64,000 nt of DNA from a virus. Lineage: Duplodnaviria > Caudoviricetes. Position 1 is the first letter of the stretch. Each line of letters starts with the position of its first letter. Shown here piece by piece: positions 56,148 through 64,000 of this stretch. The stretch spans positions 128,001-192,000 of IMG/VR virus record IMGVR_UViG_3300013212_000088; one strand, given 5' to 3'. A program made the position numbers and the translations under genes. The notes beneath the pieces are model-generated. The model was not told the DNA's origin. It saw nothing but the letters and a program-made list of their open reading frames with translations, and did no database searches.

Positions 56148-56525
56148 TTAATTACTTTTACGGAAAACTATTTTGTTATCCTTGTATTCTAATTTATCTC
56201 CAACTTCAATACCCAGTTTTTCAAATGTATCTTTATTAGCTTCAACTACATATTTTATAAAATTACTGTCTGGAGAAACACTTTTAGTTTGTTCAGCTTC
56301 CAAATCTTTAAAGTCAACAATCTCATGATCTGAGTTTAAAAATGCTAATGTTAATGGATATGAAACATTCTTATTCCAAAATGAATGCTTGCCTTTTGTT
56401 GGAAAGATAAAATAAGCAACTTCGAAATCTTCTAAAGGTTCAGAATGCATAAGACCCTTTTGTAATAATTTTTCATTATCTGCAAGGAGTCTTAATTTAA
56501 ACTCATCTTCAAAATCTTCTGTCAG
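56148..56525 (-). CDS. DUF192-family protein with no in-frame ATG for its conserved N-terminus
   Basis: 'LADNEKLLQKGLMHSEPL..F.FP..FWNKNVSYPL..AFLN..IVD..YVVEAN' is DUF192-like; the AD..GLM motif lies upstream of the first ATG (56450). Confidence 0.7.
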   Translation of the reverse strand: MTEDFEDEFKLRLLADNEKLLQKGLMHSEPLEDFEVAYFIFPTKGKHSFWNKNVSYPLTLAFLNSDHEIVDFKDLEAEQTKSVSPDSNFIKYVVEANKDTFEKLGIEVGDKLEYKDNKIVFRKSN

Positions 56526-57002
56526 TCATATTTTCTTGAATGTTGACTTTTTGGAAGCAACTTTAACATTTTTAGCTTCTATTAAATCAAACTTTTCTTT
56601 CTTTCTAGCTTTCTTAAACTCATTAACTGGATCTTTCAAGTAAGCATCTCTAAGAGCAACTCTGCCTTTAGAAGTAAGTGCAACAGTTCTGCCACTTCCT
56701 GTTAATAATCCAGCTGTTTTAAGAGCAAGAAGATCATTGTCATTAATTGTTTTGGGAACATTGCAAACCTTAGCATCCTTGAGGTTATTAATCATATTTG
56801 CAGCTGTAACTACATCATTTTGATTCTTCTCAATTTCTTTAAGTAAATCAATGTGCTTTTGGCTTACAATTACTTTTGCTTCTCTAACAGGACTGGAAAA
56901 ACCTAAAAGTTGAATTTGCATATCTGAAAGACCTAAAGAAGACATTTGTACATTGTCATTATCTTCAGGAAAGTTGTTTAAAGATTGAATCGGTAAGGGC
57001 AT
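56526..57002 (-). CDS. Hypothetical protein with winged-helix-like segment
   Basis: 'LLALKTAGLLTGSGRTVALTSKGRVAL' resembles a wing motif. Confidence 0.55.
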   Translation of the reverse strand: MPLPIQSLNNFPEDNDNVQMSSLGLSDMQIQLLGFSSPVREAKVIVSQKHIDLLKEIEKNQNDVVTAANMINNLKDAKVCNVPKTINDNDLLALKTAGLLTGSGRTVALTSKGRVALRDAYLKDPVNEFKKARKKEKFDLIEAKNVKVASKKSTFKKI

Positions 57003-57011
57003 AATTTTCTC

Positions 57012-57470
57012 CTATCTTGGGTTTCTGTTCAAATGACCATTGCCATCTGAAACATTTTGTTCATAAGTATTTTCGAATAAAAATTCACTCAAATCACCAC
57101 GGCTTACATTGTCACTTAACCCAATATTTTTTGACTCTGGAGCTGGATCTTCATAAGTAATTCCATATCCAGAAGCACCATGAAGTTTCGCTTCTGTATT
57201 GAATAATTCTGGATTAGAAGCTTCGTCGTCTTTAGACTCAGGAACTCTAAATCTGTCTTGCTTATCTAGTCTTTTTTGATCAATTTCAACATCTTCTGCT
57301 GTATCATCGAAAGGCACAACTCTGTTTTCTGTGCTGGTAGTCATGAAGTTGCCATAATATTGAGCAATTTTAGTAAGTTTAAAAGTTATTTTGTCAGACT
57401 CACGAAGTTTCCCCCGCTTGTCTAATGAGTGTGCAAGTTTTAATAATCTAACAATTTCACTTCTATGCAT
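57012..57470 (-). CDS. Hypothetical protein with 'KLAHSLDKRGKLRESD' N-terminal motif
   Basis: 152 aa; begins with an LA..LD..G....D helix then KIAQ. Confidence 0.6.
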   Translation of the reverse strand: MHRSEIVRLLKLAHSLDKRGKLRESDKITFKLTKIAQYYGNFMTTSTENRVVPFDDTAEDVEIDQKRLDKQDRFRVPESKDDEASNPELFNTEAKLHGASGYGITYEDPAPESKNIGLSDNVSRGDLSEFLFENTYEQNVSDGNGHLNRNPR

Positions 57471-57480
57471 AATTTGTGTT

Positions 57481-57505
57481 TTATAATTTTTAAACTGAAA
57501 TTCCT
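57481..57505 (-). promoter_or_regulatory. Candidate phage late promoter AGG-N18-ATAA
   Basis: AGG aatttcagtttaaaaatt ATAA, 10 nt before ATG 57470. Confidence 0.55.
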
Positions 57506-58614
57506 GCTAATTCTCTTTTACATACGTTCAATGCATTCGCAATAGTCATATCCATATCGTAATATCTGTAATTCCCCAAGCGTCCACCAATAATTAAGTT
57601 ATTAGTAAACTTTTGGTAATATTGTTTATATCTCTCATAAATTAGATTGTTCGTTTCGTCATTAACTGCATAATATGGTTGACTATTCAAATCTTTAGAA
57701 TCATATTTTTTTGAATATTCATAAGTAATTAAGTCGTATTTAGATTTACCTTTTGTGAAATGTTTGTGTTGGATTATTCTATTCCAGGATGTATTTTCAT
57801 TAGGATAATTCATTTGTGAACATCCTTGAAAATCAGTCATAACTTCATAATTTTTGAAATCTAAAGATCTATATTCTAAATCTCCATACATATAATCAAA
57901 ATATCTTTGAATTTGACCGGTATACACTATTTTATGAGCTTTAGATTCCCAATATGATCTGTCACTAAAGAAATCAACATTTAATTCAATATCAATACCC
58001 TTAAGCATTTTTTCAAATATTGGTGTATATCCGCTTACTGGTATGCCTTGATAAATATCTTGGTCTGGATAATAACTATCGTCATATGTATATCTAATTG
58101 GTAATCTTTTTATGATTGAGGATGGTAAATATTTAGGTTCTTTACCCCATTGTTTTTTCGTGTACCCATATATTAAAGTTTCGTAAATAGTGGGTCCAAC
58201 AAATGATAAAATATGTTCTTCTAAGTTTTTAGGATTTTCGCAAGGAACAATTTCAGATTGTATTTTTGCTATGGCTTTATCAGGTGTATTCACTTCTGGC
58301 CATATTTGATTAATTGTTGATAGGTTTACAGGCAAAGAATATGTTTTGCCTTTGTTTATAGCTTTAACCCTATGAGAATAATTATTGAATTCTGTAAACT
58401 CATTCAAATAGTCCCAAATATATTTTTTGGATGTATGAAATATGTGTGGGCCATATTTGTGAATATGATAATCTTCATACGGCTCTGTGTAGCAGTTTCC
58501 GCCGATATGATTTCTTTGATCAATAACTAAAACTTTCTTTCCTGTTTTATTTGCTTCATATGCAAAAATGGAGCCGAATAATCCGGCTCCAATAATCAAA
58601 TAGTCATATTTCAT
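57490..58614 (-). CDS. glf: UDP-galactopyranose mutase
   Basis: 'YDYLIIGAGLFG', 'HIGGNCY', 'HKYGPHIFHT', 'GYTKKQWG', 'LEYRSL', 'GGRLGNYRYYDMD'. Confidence 0.95.
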   Translation of the reverse strand: MKYDYLIIGAGLFGSIFAYEANKTGKKVLVIDQRNHIGGNCYTEPYEDYHIHKYGPHIFHTSKKYIWDYLNEFTEFNNYSHRVKAINKGKTYSLPVNLSTINQIWPEVNTPDKAIAKIQSEIVPCENPKNLEEHILSFVGPTIYETLIYGYTKKQWGKEPKYLPSSIIKRLPIRYTYDDSYYPDQDIYQGIPVSGYTPIFEKMLKGIDIELNVDFFSDRSYWESKAHKIVYTGQIQRYFDYMYGDLEYRSLDFKNYEVMTDFQGCSQMNYPNENTSWNRIIQHKHFTKGKSKYDLITYEYSKKYDSKDLNSQPYYAVNDETNNLIYERYKQYYQKFTNNLIIGGRLGNYRYYDMDMTIANALNVCKRELAGISV

Positions 58615-58623
58615 ACATATATT

Positions 58624-59577
58624 TTACAAATTAGATCCTGCCCATGGCACTCTTGGGAAATTGCCTTGTCCTTTCAATCCAGGATTATCATCAAAGCCAA
58701 CTTCTTCATCACCTTGTTTATGTCTATCATATTCATTGTTCAATGCATATTCTTGTGTATGTAGTTGCTGTTCTATTGTTTTGTCATTTTCATTAGGATC
58801 ATAATTTTCTGCAGAACTTTTACCTGAAAATGATGGATATGCTGCATCTGGATCTAATGTATCTAAAATAGTTGTTTCATTCCTAAAACCATCTTGATTA
58901 GGTGTGTATTCTGTTCTTTGTTCTGCAAAATATTTATCAAGATCTGCGCCTTCGGTTAATAACGGAGTTTTACCAAGATGTGCGTTTGAAAATTGTGCAT
59001 CATAGAATGGATTATCATCAGGACCAGAAGGGGTAATATTATCTCTTCTTCTAGTTGTAAAATCCTTAGCTAGCTTTGTAAATTGTTTTGAAGAATAATG
59101 CACTCTTTCAGGTTTAATCTGTTCAGGAGTTTCATCTTCATAATCAAACTTTTGCTTTTCTTTGTATTTTCTTCTACTGGAAAGTGATTCTTCCATTGAG
59201 ATGTAAGATTCTTTATTATCAGTATGCTTGCTTTTGTTTGCTTCAGCTTCCATCAAAGCCTTATGGTCTCTCAATTTAGCTCTTAGTTTAATTCTTTCTC
59301 TTTCAACTGGATCAAGAATGTCAATGTTCCCTAATACATCATCTTCTTTTGATGTATGAAAAGGCACTAATCTTGCTTCAAAGTTTCTGTTTGCATCATC
59401 ATCTGGCGGGTTATGGGTTCTGGCTAAAATTGATTCAAAGCCTTGGTCTGTCATGAACAGGTTGTAGTCACCATAATTTCCGCCGCCAGGACTACCACCA
59501 GGAGACCAAGCACCAGAGCCCGCACCTCCAACACCACCAAAACCAGCAGCTATTTTAATATTCTTTTTTGAAGACAT
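58624..59577 (-). CDS. Hypothetical head-region protein with Gly-rich N-terminus
   Basis: 317 aa; 'KIAAGFGGVGGAGSG'. Confidence 0.6.
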   Translation of the reverse strand: MSSKKNIKIAAGFGGVGGAGSGAWSPGGSPGGGNYGDYNLFMTDQGFESILARTHNPPDDDANRNFEARLVPFHTSKEDDVLGNIDILDPVERERIKLRAKLRDHKALMEAEANKSKHTDNKESYISMEESLSSRRKYKEKQKFDYEDETPEQIKPERVHYSSKQFTKLAKDFTTRRRDNITPSGPDDNPFYDAQFSNAHLGKTPLLTEGADLDKYFAEQRTEYTPNQDGFRNETTILDTLDPDAAYPSFSGKSSAENYDPNENDKTIEQQLHTQEYALNNEYDRHKQGDEEVGFDDNPGLKGQGNFPRVPWAGSNL

Positions 59578-59603
59578 TTGTTGAGAACCTCAAAGACGGA
59601 TAA

Positions 59604-61730
59604 TTATCTTATTCTTCCGCTCATATTAATCGTCCTTGACTTAGGTAATTGTTTTGCAATTTTAGCAAATAGTGCTTCATAAGCTACAGCTGCTACTGCA
59701 TCACAAATATCATCGTGATATCCAGATAGTGCTTCAATTGCAAATCTTTTACCTTTCCATTTTTTTTGAAGAAATAAGAATTGAGATTTAGCTTCTTTAA
59801 TTTCATTTAAAGGATGCTTATTTCCTGATTTATCTAAATATGCTCCACCGGAAACATCATAAATATCGATTCTGTCTTCTCTAATTAAAGTAGCCAATTC
59901 TGTGTAGATACTTTCTTTGTAGTTTTTATTAAATTGTTTTTCAACAATTGGTACACCTAAGCTTTGAAGTTTTATTACTGAAGATTGTGAGTTCCATTGG
60001 TCTATGCTTACTTGTCTAAATCTAAATCTTTTGTGTAAGTCTAAAACATATTCTTCAATAGTTTTTTCTTCAATTGGTTGATTCTTTGTCAATGGATTCC
60101 AGAAATGAATATGATCAATGACAATCCTTCTCATAATTCTTCCATCTGCACCCATTTGTCCAATAATAGCTTCAGTGTGTGCAACAGCTAAAGCATAGTA
60201 GTCAGATGTTCTTGCAGGGTCTAAATGGCAGAAATAATCATGCATTCCAAATCCTTTCTCAATTCTTCTTACCATGGACATTGATGAAAAGAATCTGTTA
60301 ATGTCATCTTCAGCAAACATAGGGTCAGAGGATGAAGCTCCAAACTCTGCTCCATATTGCATTTGATATTCTGTAGGATTTTTCTTCTTTTCTGACTCTA
60401 AGAAATCTCTATCAATATTGGGATTTACAAGCCAAGTAGGACCACGCATAACAAGTGTGGATGGATCATCTAGTCTGTTTTCGTGCAAATCATAAAGCAA
60501 ACCAATAGGGCCTTTAGGGTTTGAAAGCATCATCATCTTGCCATCTCTACCAAAAGTAGCAAGAGAAGGCTTTAGATCATTATATAAATCATAGTCAAGA
60601 CCAGAATCAGGATTGTCCCCAGCCATAGCAGCAATTTCGTCCATGATCACACTCCAACAAGTGAGACCAACGAGACCTGAAGCACTACTAGAACCACATT
60701 TTAAAACTAATGAACCAGAAAATAAGTTAAGACCCGCAGTTTCTCTTCTTTCATTTTCTTTACGGTCATTTTCAGTAAAAAAGCGCATTTCTAATTCTGT
60801 ATCTTTACCAATATAAGGTTGAAAAAATGGTGAAGCTAGAACAGTTTGTTTTAGTTTTGCGAAGATAGCATTTTTAGCTTGCTCCTCATTTTTAGCCACG
60901 TTTAAGAGATAAATGGCATCAAACTCCATCAAGCCATATCTTGCTTGAGGATGTCCCATAGAAATTAGCCTATAAAGTTCATATAAACCAATTGCAGAAA
61001 CAAGAAAGGATTTACCACTACGTCTTCCAAGCACCAATACTAATTCTTGAAACTTATATCTGTTTTCGCATTTGTCCATAATTTGCATTCTTAATTTTGG
61101 ATCAAACTCTTCAGAATATAATAAATCTTTCTCTGTTTGGAAGTTGTCTATATATGGTCTTTCTTGGAGTTGTTCAATCTTTTTAAATGCATCTGGGTTA
61201 GTTGCGTTATCTATTTCATTTTCAAATCTTTGTTGGATAATATCTTTATCCATACGATCACAAGTCAGACAAGGCGAATTAATTACAGAAAATGAAGCTT
61301 TAAAGGGCCTGTTTTGTTTATGCATTTCAACAGATTTATGTTCATTTTTCTTTACAAAGTCCCAAACACATCCGCTACATCCAACTCTTTCTTCTTCTGG
61401 AATATCTTGAATTATTAAATCTGTATTTCCTTCTTGTCCCATATAGAAACATTTTAGAATAAGTCTTTGTAAAGGATATGGCTTTAAATTACAAAAGTAA
61501 GGATGCTCAATAAAAGTTACAATGTCAACAATCTGATCAGGATTAAATCTTGTTTTCTCGGGTTTTAGCGGAGGGGCAATTTCAGATCTTACATTAGGCG
61601 CAACTTCATCAGCAAACTCTTCTGCATATTCACTGTCTTTGAACTTTTCTGACGCTAAATTTGCTTGTTGAATTAGTTGTTGTCTAACTTCAGCTTGTGT
61701 CAATGTAGCTTTGGATGCGTTTTTTCTCAT
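59604..61730 (-). CDS. terL: Terminase large subunit
   Basis: Walker A 'VLGRRSGKS', Walker B 'VIMDE', coupling motif 'LSNP', RNase H-like 'HLDPA' and 'HDDICDAVA'. Confidence 0.92.
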   Translation of the reverse strand: MRKNASKATLTQAEVRQQLIQQANLASEKFKDSEYAEEFADEVAPNVRSEIAPPLKPEKTRFNPDQIVDIVTFIEHPYFCNLKPYPLQRLILKCFYMGQEGNTDLIIQDIPEEERVGCSGCVWDFVKKNEHKSVEMHKQNRPFKASFSVINSPCLTCDRMDKDIIQQRFENEIDNATNPDAFKKIEQLQERPYIDNFQTEKDLLYSEEFDPKLRMQIMDKCENRYKFQELVLVLGRRSGKSFLVSAIGLYELYRLISMGHPQARYGLMEFDAIYLLNVAKNEEQAKNAIFAKLKQTVLASPFFQPYIGKDTELEMRFFTENDRKENERRETAGLNLFSGSLVLKCGSSSASGLVGLTCWSVIMDEIAAMAGDNPDSGLDYDLYNDLKPSLATFGRDGKMMMLSNPKGPIGLLYDLHENRLDDPSTLVMRGPTWLVNPNIDRDFLESEKKKNPTEYQMQYGAEFGASSSDPMFAEDDINRFFSSMSMVRRIEKGFGMHDYFCHLDPARTSDYYALAVAHTEAIIGQMGADGRIMRRIVIDHIHFWNPLTKNQPIEEKTIEEYVLDLHKRFRFRQVSIDQWNSQSSVIKLQSLGVPIVEKQFNKNYKESIYTELATLIREDRIDIYDVSGGAYLDKSGNKHPLNEIKEAKSQFLFLQKKWKGKRFAIEALSGYHDDICDAVAAVAYEALFAKIAKQLPKSRTINMSGRIR

Positions 61731-62416
61731 TAATTTTCTTGCTTAAGCTTTTCTCTAAGCTTTTTAAGTTCGTCTCTAACTAGTCTTTTGTCATGTTCAC
61801 TTTCAAACTTGTCATGAAGTTCAGCTAATATCTCAAAAATATTAATTGCAAATACACCTTGGTCATCTCTTTTTGCTTTAATGTCTAAGATCTTGCTAAT
61901 AAGTTTTTCAACCATTGCAGCTCTTTTCAATTTCAAATCATTATTTTTACTACAATCAATTCCTCTAACATCATCAAGTTCAACCATTAAAGCAGTGAGG
62001 GCTAATTGATTTTCTCTAAAGATCCAAGGTGCAATTAATTCTTCTTGATGTTCATAACTCTTTAAACCAGAAGTCATAAGTTTCTTAAAATCACAATGTT
62101 GATCCATGTGAGTTGAAACTTGTGTCCAGTTTAACTTTACTCCATAATGCCTTTCAAAAAACTTAATTACAGCTTGGGATTTTTTTCCGCTTTCAAGAAA
62201 TACGTGTTCTGCTAAGTTTCTTAAATGGGAAGAGCAAATAGCACATCTTACCTCTATAAATTGAGGGTATGTGATGTCTGCCATGTGATCAACTGGTAGA
62301 GGAATTAAAGGCTTGTCAGTCTCTTTGATATCTTTGAAATATCTAGTAGAAGTTTCTGGTAAGTTTTCTTCTACTTGAACTAATGAATTGATGATGTTGT
62401 CTTTAGAGTTAGCCAT
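61730..62416 (-). CDS. Zinc-binding protein, candidate terminase small subunit
   Basis: CAIC..H..HC motif with helical C-terminus; TAATG-coupled to terL. Role inferred from position. Confidence 0.45.
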   Translation of the reverse strand: MANSKDNIINSLVQVEENLPETSTRYFKDIKETDKPLIPLPVDHMADITYPQFIEVRCAICSSHLRNLAEHVFLESGKKSQAVIKFFERHYGVKLNWTQVSTHMDQHCDFKKLMTSGLKSYEHQEELIAPWIFRENQLALTALMVELDDVRGIDCSKNNDLKLKRAAMVEKLISKILDIKAKRDDQGVFAINIFEILAELHDKFESEHDKRLVRDELKKLREKLKQEN

Positions 62417-62441
62417 ATTACTATAATTTTACAGATAAAAG

Positions 62442-62467
62442 AAAAACCCGTCGAAAACGACGGGTTT
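62442..62467 (-). terminator. Intrinsic terminator
   Basis: aaaaacccgtcg-aaaa-cgacgggttt. Confidence 0.85.
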
Positions 62468-62486
62468 AAAATTAATATTTATATAA

Positions 62487-63206
62487 TTAAAAGTCTAATG
62501 CTCTTTTCAATCTTTGGTAAGGGGAAACTTTATCTGCAGCTGAAATCATAAATTCGTCAGCAATACCGAATGTTTCATAATTACCCTTGGTAAATTTATC
62601 TGATGAAGAAATACCAGCAGCTAAATTAACTGTGGCTTCACCTTTTCTGGTTGCAACTTTAAAAATCTTATTTGATTTATCAGCTGCAGTAACAACAGGC
62701 TTATCATTTTGTGCTACTAAAACTGAGTTTAGCAAAGCTTCTTCAATCCATGGTTTGAGTTCAGTATGTAAATTGCTTTTACCATTAGCTGATGTTTTAG
62801 CTAATTCTGCTAATCTAACCCATGAATCAAATGATTTCTCATCCGCTTTAACAATTGCATAAGGACCAGAACAAAGTCTCTTAGCAAACTCTTTAGCACT
62901 TAATTTTATTAGACTTCTTTCTATAATTGGAGCACAATCGGCATACTTTGTTGGTACTACTGAAACTTCGATTGTATTTTTATCAGCTACTGCATCTTTC
63001 TCATCAAAAACTTTAGAAGCAACTCTCTTAGCGAGATCTAAATCAAAGTTCTCTACAGCTAAGAGTTCAACCACATCGCTCTTGCTTAACCCTTTTTCTT
63101 TGAGATTCGAGGCCATTCTTTTAGCTACAAGATAAGCTCCATCTGCATGTTGCTTAAGCTCGTTGCGCCAATTGTAAATAAAGTCATCATTATTTTTTTC
63201 GGACAC
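62487..63206 (-). CDS. Hypothetical protein
   Basis: GTG 63206 with GGGGAG SD preferred over TTG 63251; RMAS/RVAS motifs. Confidence 0.6.
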   Translation of the reverse strand: MSEKNNDDFIYNWRNELKQHADGAYLVAKRMASNLKEKGLSKSDVVELLAVENFDLDLAKRVASKVFDEKDAVADKNTIEVSVVPTKYADCAPIIERSLIKLSAKEFAKRLCSGPYAIVKADEKSFDSWVRLAELAKTSANGKSNLHTELKPWIEEALLNSVLVAQNDKPVVTAADKSNKIFKVATRKGEATVNLAAGISSSDKFTKGNYETFGIADEFMISAADKVSPYQRLKRALDF

Positions 63207-63240
63207 TTTAGACTCCCCTTGAATGAATAAATTTGCAAAT

Positions 63241-63265
63241 TTATATGTCAAAATAAAAAACCCCT
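63241..63265 (-). promoter_or_regulatory. Candidate phage late promoter AGG-N18-ATAA
   Basis: AGG ggttttttattttgacat ATAA; the AGG is part of the terminator stem. Confidence 0.5.
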
Positions 63266-63285
63266 AAGACTAATTAGGGGTTTTT
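63256..63285. terminator. Intrinsic terminator after the sigma factor gene
   Basis: aaaaacccctaa-gactaa-ttaggggttttt. Confidence 0.85.
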
Positions 63286-63339
63286 AAAGTTCAACATACC
63301 AATATAATACAAATAACTTAGCAAAAATATTCCATCGGT

Positions 63340-63894
63340 TTAAAAGCAATCACTCAAAATAGACCTCAATTTGTCTAATGCTCTGTCAAGTCTCTTACTA
63401 AATGCCGCTTGTTGGATACCAAGTTTTTCTGCAGCTTCTTCTTGTGTCATTTCTTGGAAAAAATAAAGTTCTATTGCTTCTCTTTGTTTTTCGTTTAATT
63501 GGTCCATCGCTTCATCAATTACAATCTCATTATTGACTCTGTTAAATGGATCAAAATATGAATGAATTACTAATAATTCACTTGATTCAGTTCTAACATC
63601 AAATGTACTTTTAAAATGAGATAAAAGAGCATGATCTATTCTTGTTGATAAATAATATGAAAAATAAGATAAGGCAGGGTCATAATTCTTACTTAATTTC
63701 TGCAAGACAAAGATAGACTCGTGAACCAAATCTTCCTTGAAAGAAACTAAGTTTTTATCTTTTGCTAGACATCTGGTAATTGCTGAAAAAATTAAAGGTT
63801 TATAAAAGCTAAACAATTCAAAAAGTGCTGGACTGTCATCTTCTTTTATCTTTTTAACTAATTCATTAATGTATATGTAATGTTCATCAATCAT
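63340..63894 (-). CDS. Phage-encoded sigma70-family (ECF-like) sigma factor
   Basis: Region 2 'LFSFYKPLI..EDLVHES..YDP..FSYY'; region 4 'LNEKQREAIELYFFQEMTQEEAAEKLGIQQAAFSKRLDRALDKLR'. Confidence 0.88.
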   Translation of the reverse strand: MIDEHYIYINELVKKIKEDDSPALFELFSFYKPLIFSAITRCLAKDKNLVSFKEDLVHESIFVLQKLSKNYDPALSYFSYYLSTRIDHALLSHFKSTFDVRTESSELLVIHSYFDPFNRVNNEIVIDEAMDQLNEKQREAIELYFFQEMTQEEAAEKLGIQQAAFSKRLDRALDKLRSILSDCF

Positions 63895-64000
63895 TATTAT
63901 AGTTATACGACATGACTTGATACAATCTCTTGTTCGACAAACACAATGAATAGTATGGAAAGACTATTTCTGTACTTAAATTGTTTCTTAAGTCAACAAC

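Noticed and set aside
61050-61440. Intein in terminase
   Set aside because: No His-Asn followed by Cys/Ser/Thr at a plausible end and no LAGLIDADG blocks; the insert looks like a Cys4 metal site.
63895-63925. Sigma70 promoter for the phage sigma gene
   Set aside because: TATAAT lies only 1 nt before the ATG and the alternative TATAAC has no convincing -35, so it cannot be supported.
1-64000. Genome-wide stop codon reassignment (TAG or TGA)
   Set aside because: Large genes are uninterrupted in code 11, and all three stops end genes at coupled junctions (TAATG at 1508, ATGA at 18840 and 29936, TAG/GTG at 32250). The 56526 case is local.
1-64000. CRISPR array, tRNA or rRNA genes
   Set aside because: No regularly spaced direct repeats or cloverleaf/T-loop patterns seen; intergenic gaps are short and explained by terminators and promoters. 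A tRNAscan or CRISPR finder run would be the definitive check.

Overview
A 64 kb AT-rich fragment of a large tailed bacteriophage genome (Caudoviricetes, probably a jumbo/huge phage), read in the standard genetic code; no host can be assigned from this window. It has five blocks. (1) 1-4.4 kb: glycosyltransferase-like genes and a T4 Rnl1-type RNA ligase. (2) 4.5-19.6 kb (+): neck/tail morphogenesis genes, including a Mu gp36-like connector, very large structural proteins and two tail-tube-like paralogues. (3) 19.6-34.5 kb: accessory region with a two-domain ADP-ribosyltransferase-like protein, RusA, a GH5 glycoside hydrolase and a sigma70-driven array of small genes. That array is dominated by an expansion of DUF2829/Tad2-like candidate immune-signal sponge domains (9 domains in 8 genes), with a second three-member paralogue family, antitoxin-like fragments, FeoA and an unannotated prepilin-like peptide. 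(4) 34.6-40.9 kb: sugar-modification cluster with an HddA-type kinase, methyltransferases, a nucleotidyltransferase, a cupin and a form IV RuBisCO-like protein. (5) 41-64 kb (-): head module with an HK97-type major capsid protein, decoration, scaffold, a ~1400 aa prohead protease, a portal fused to a DUF559 nuclease and large terminase, plus Glf, DUF192 and a phage sigma factor. A repeated AGG-N18-A(G/T)AA motif upstream of late genes is a candidate phage-sigma promoter. All family assignments come from motifs recognised by eye, not from database searches. No tRNA, rRNA or CRISPR array was seen.
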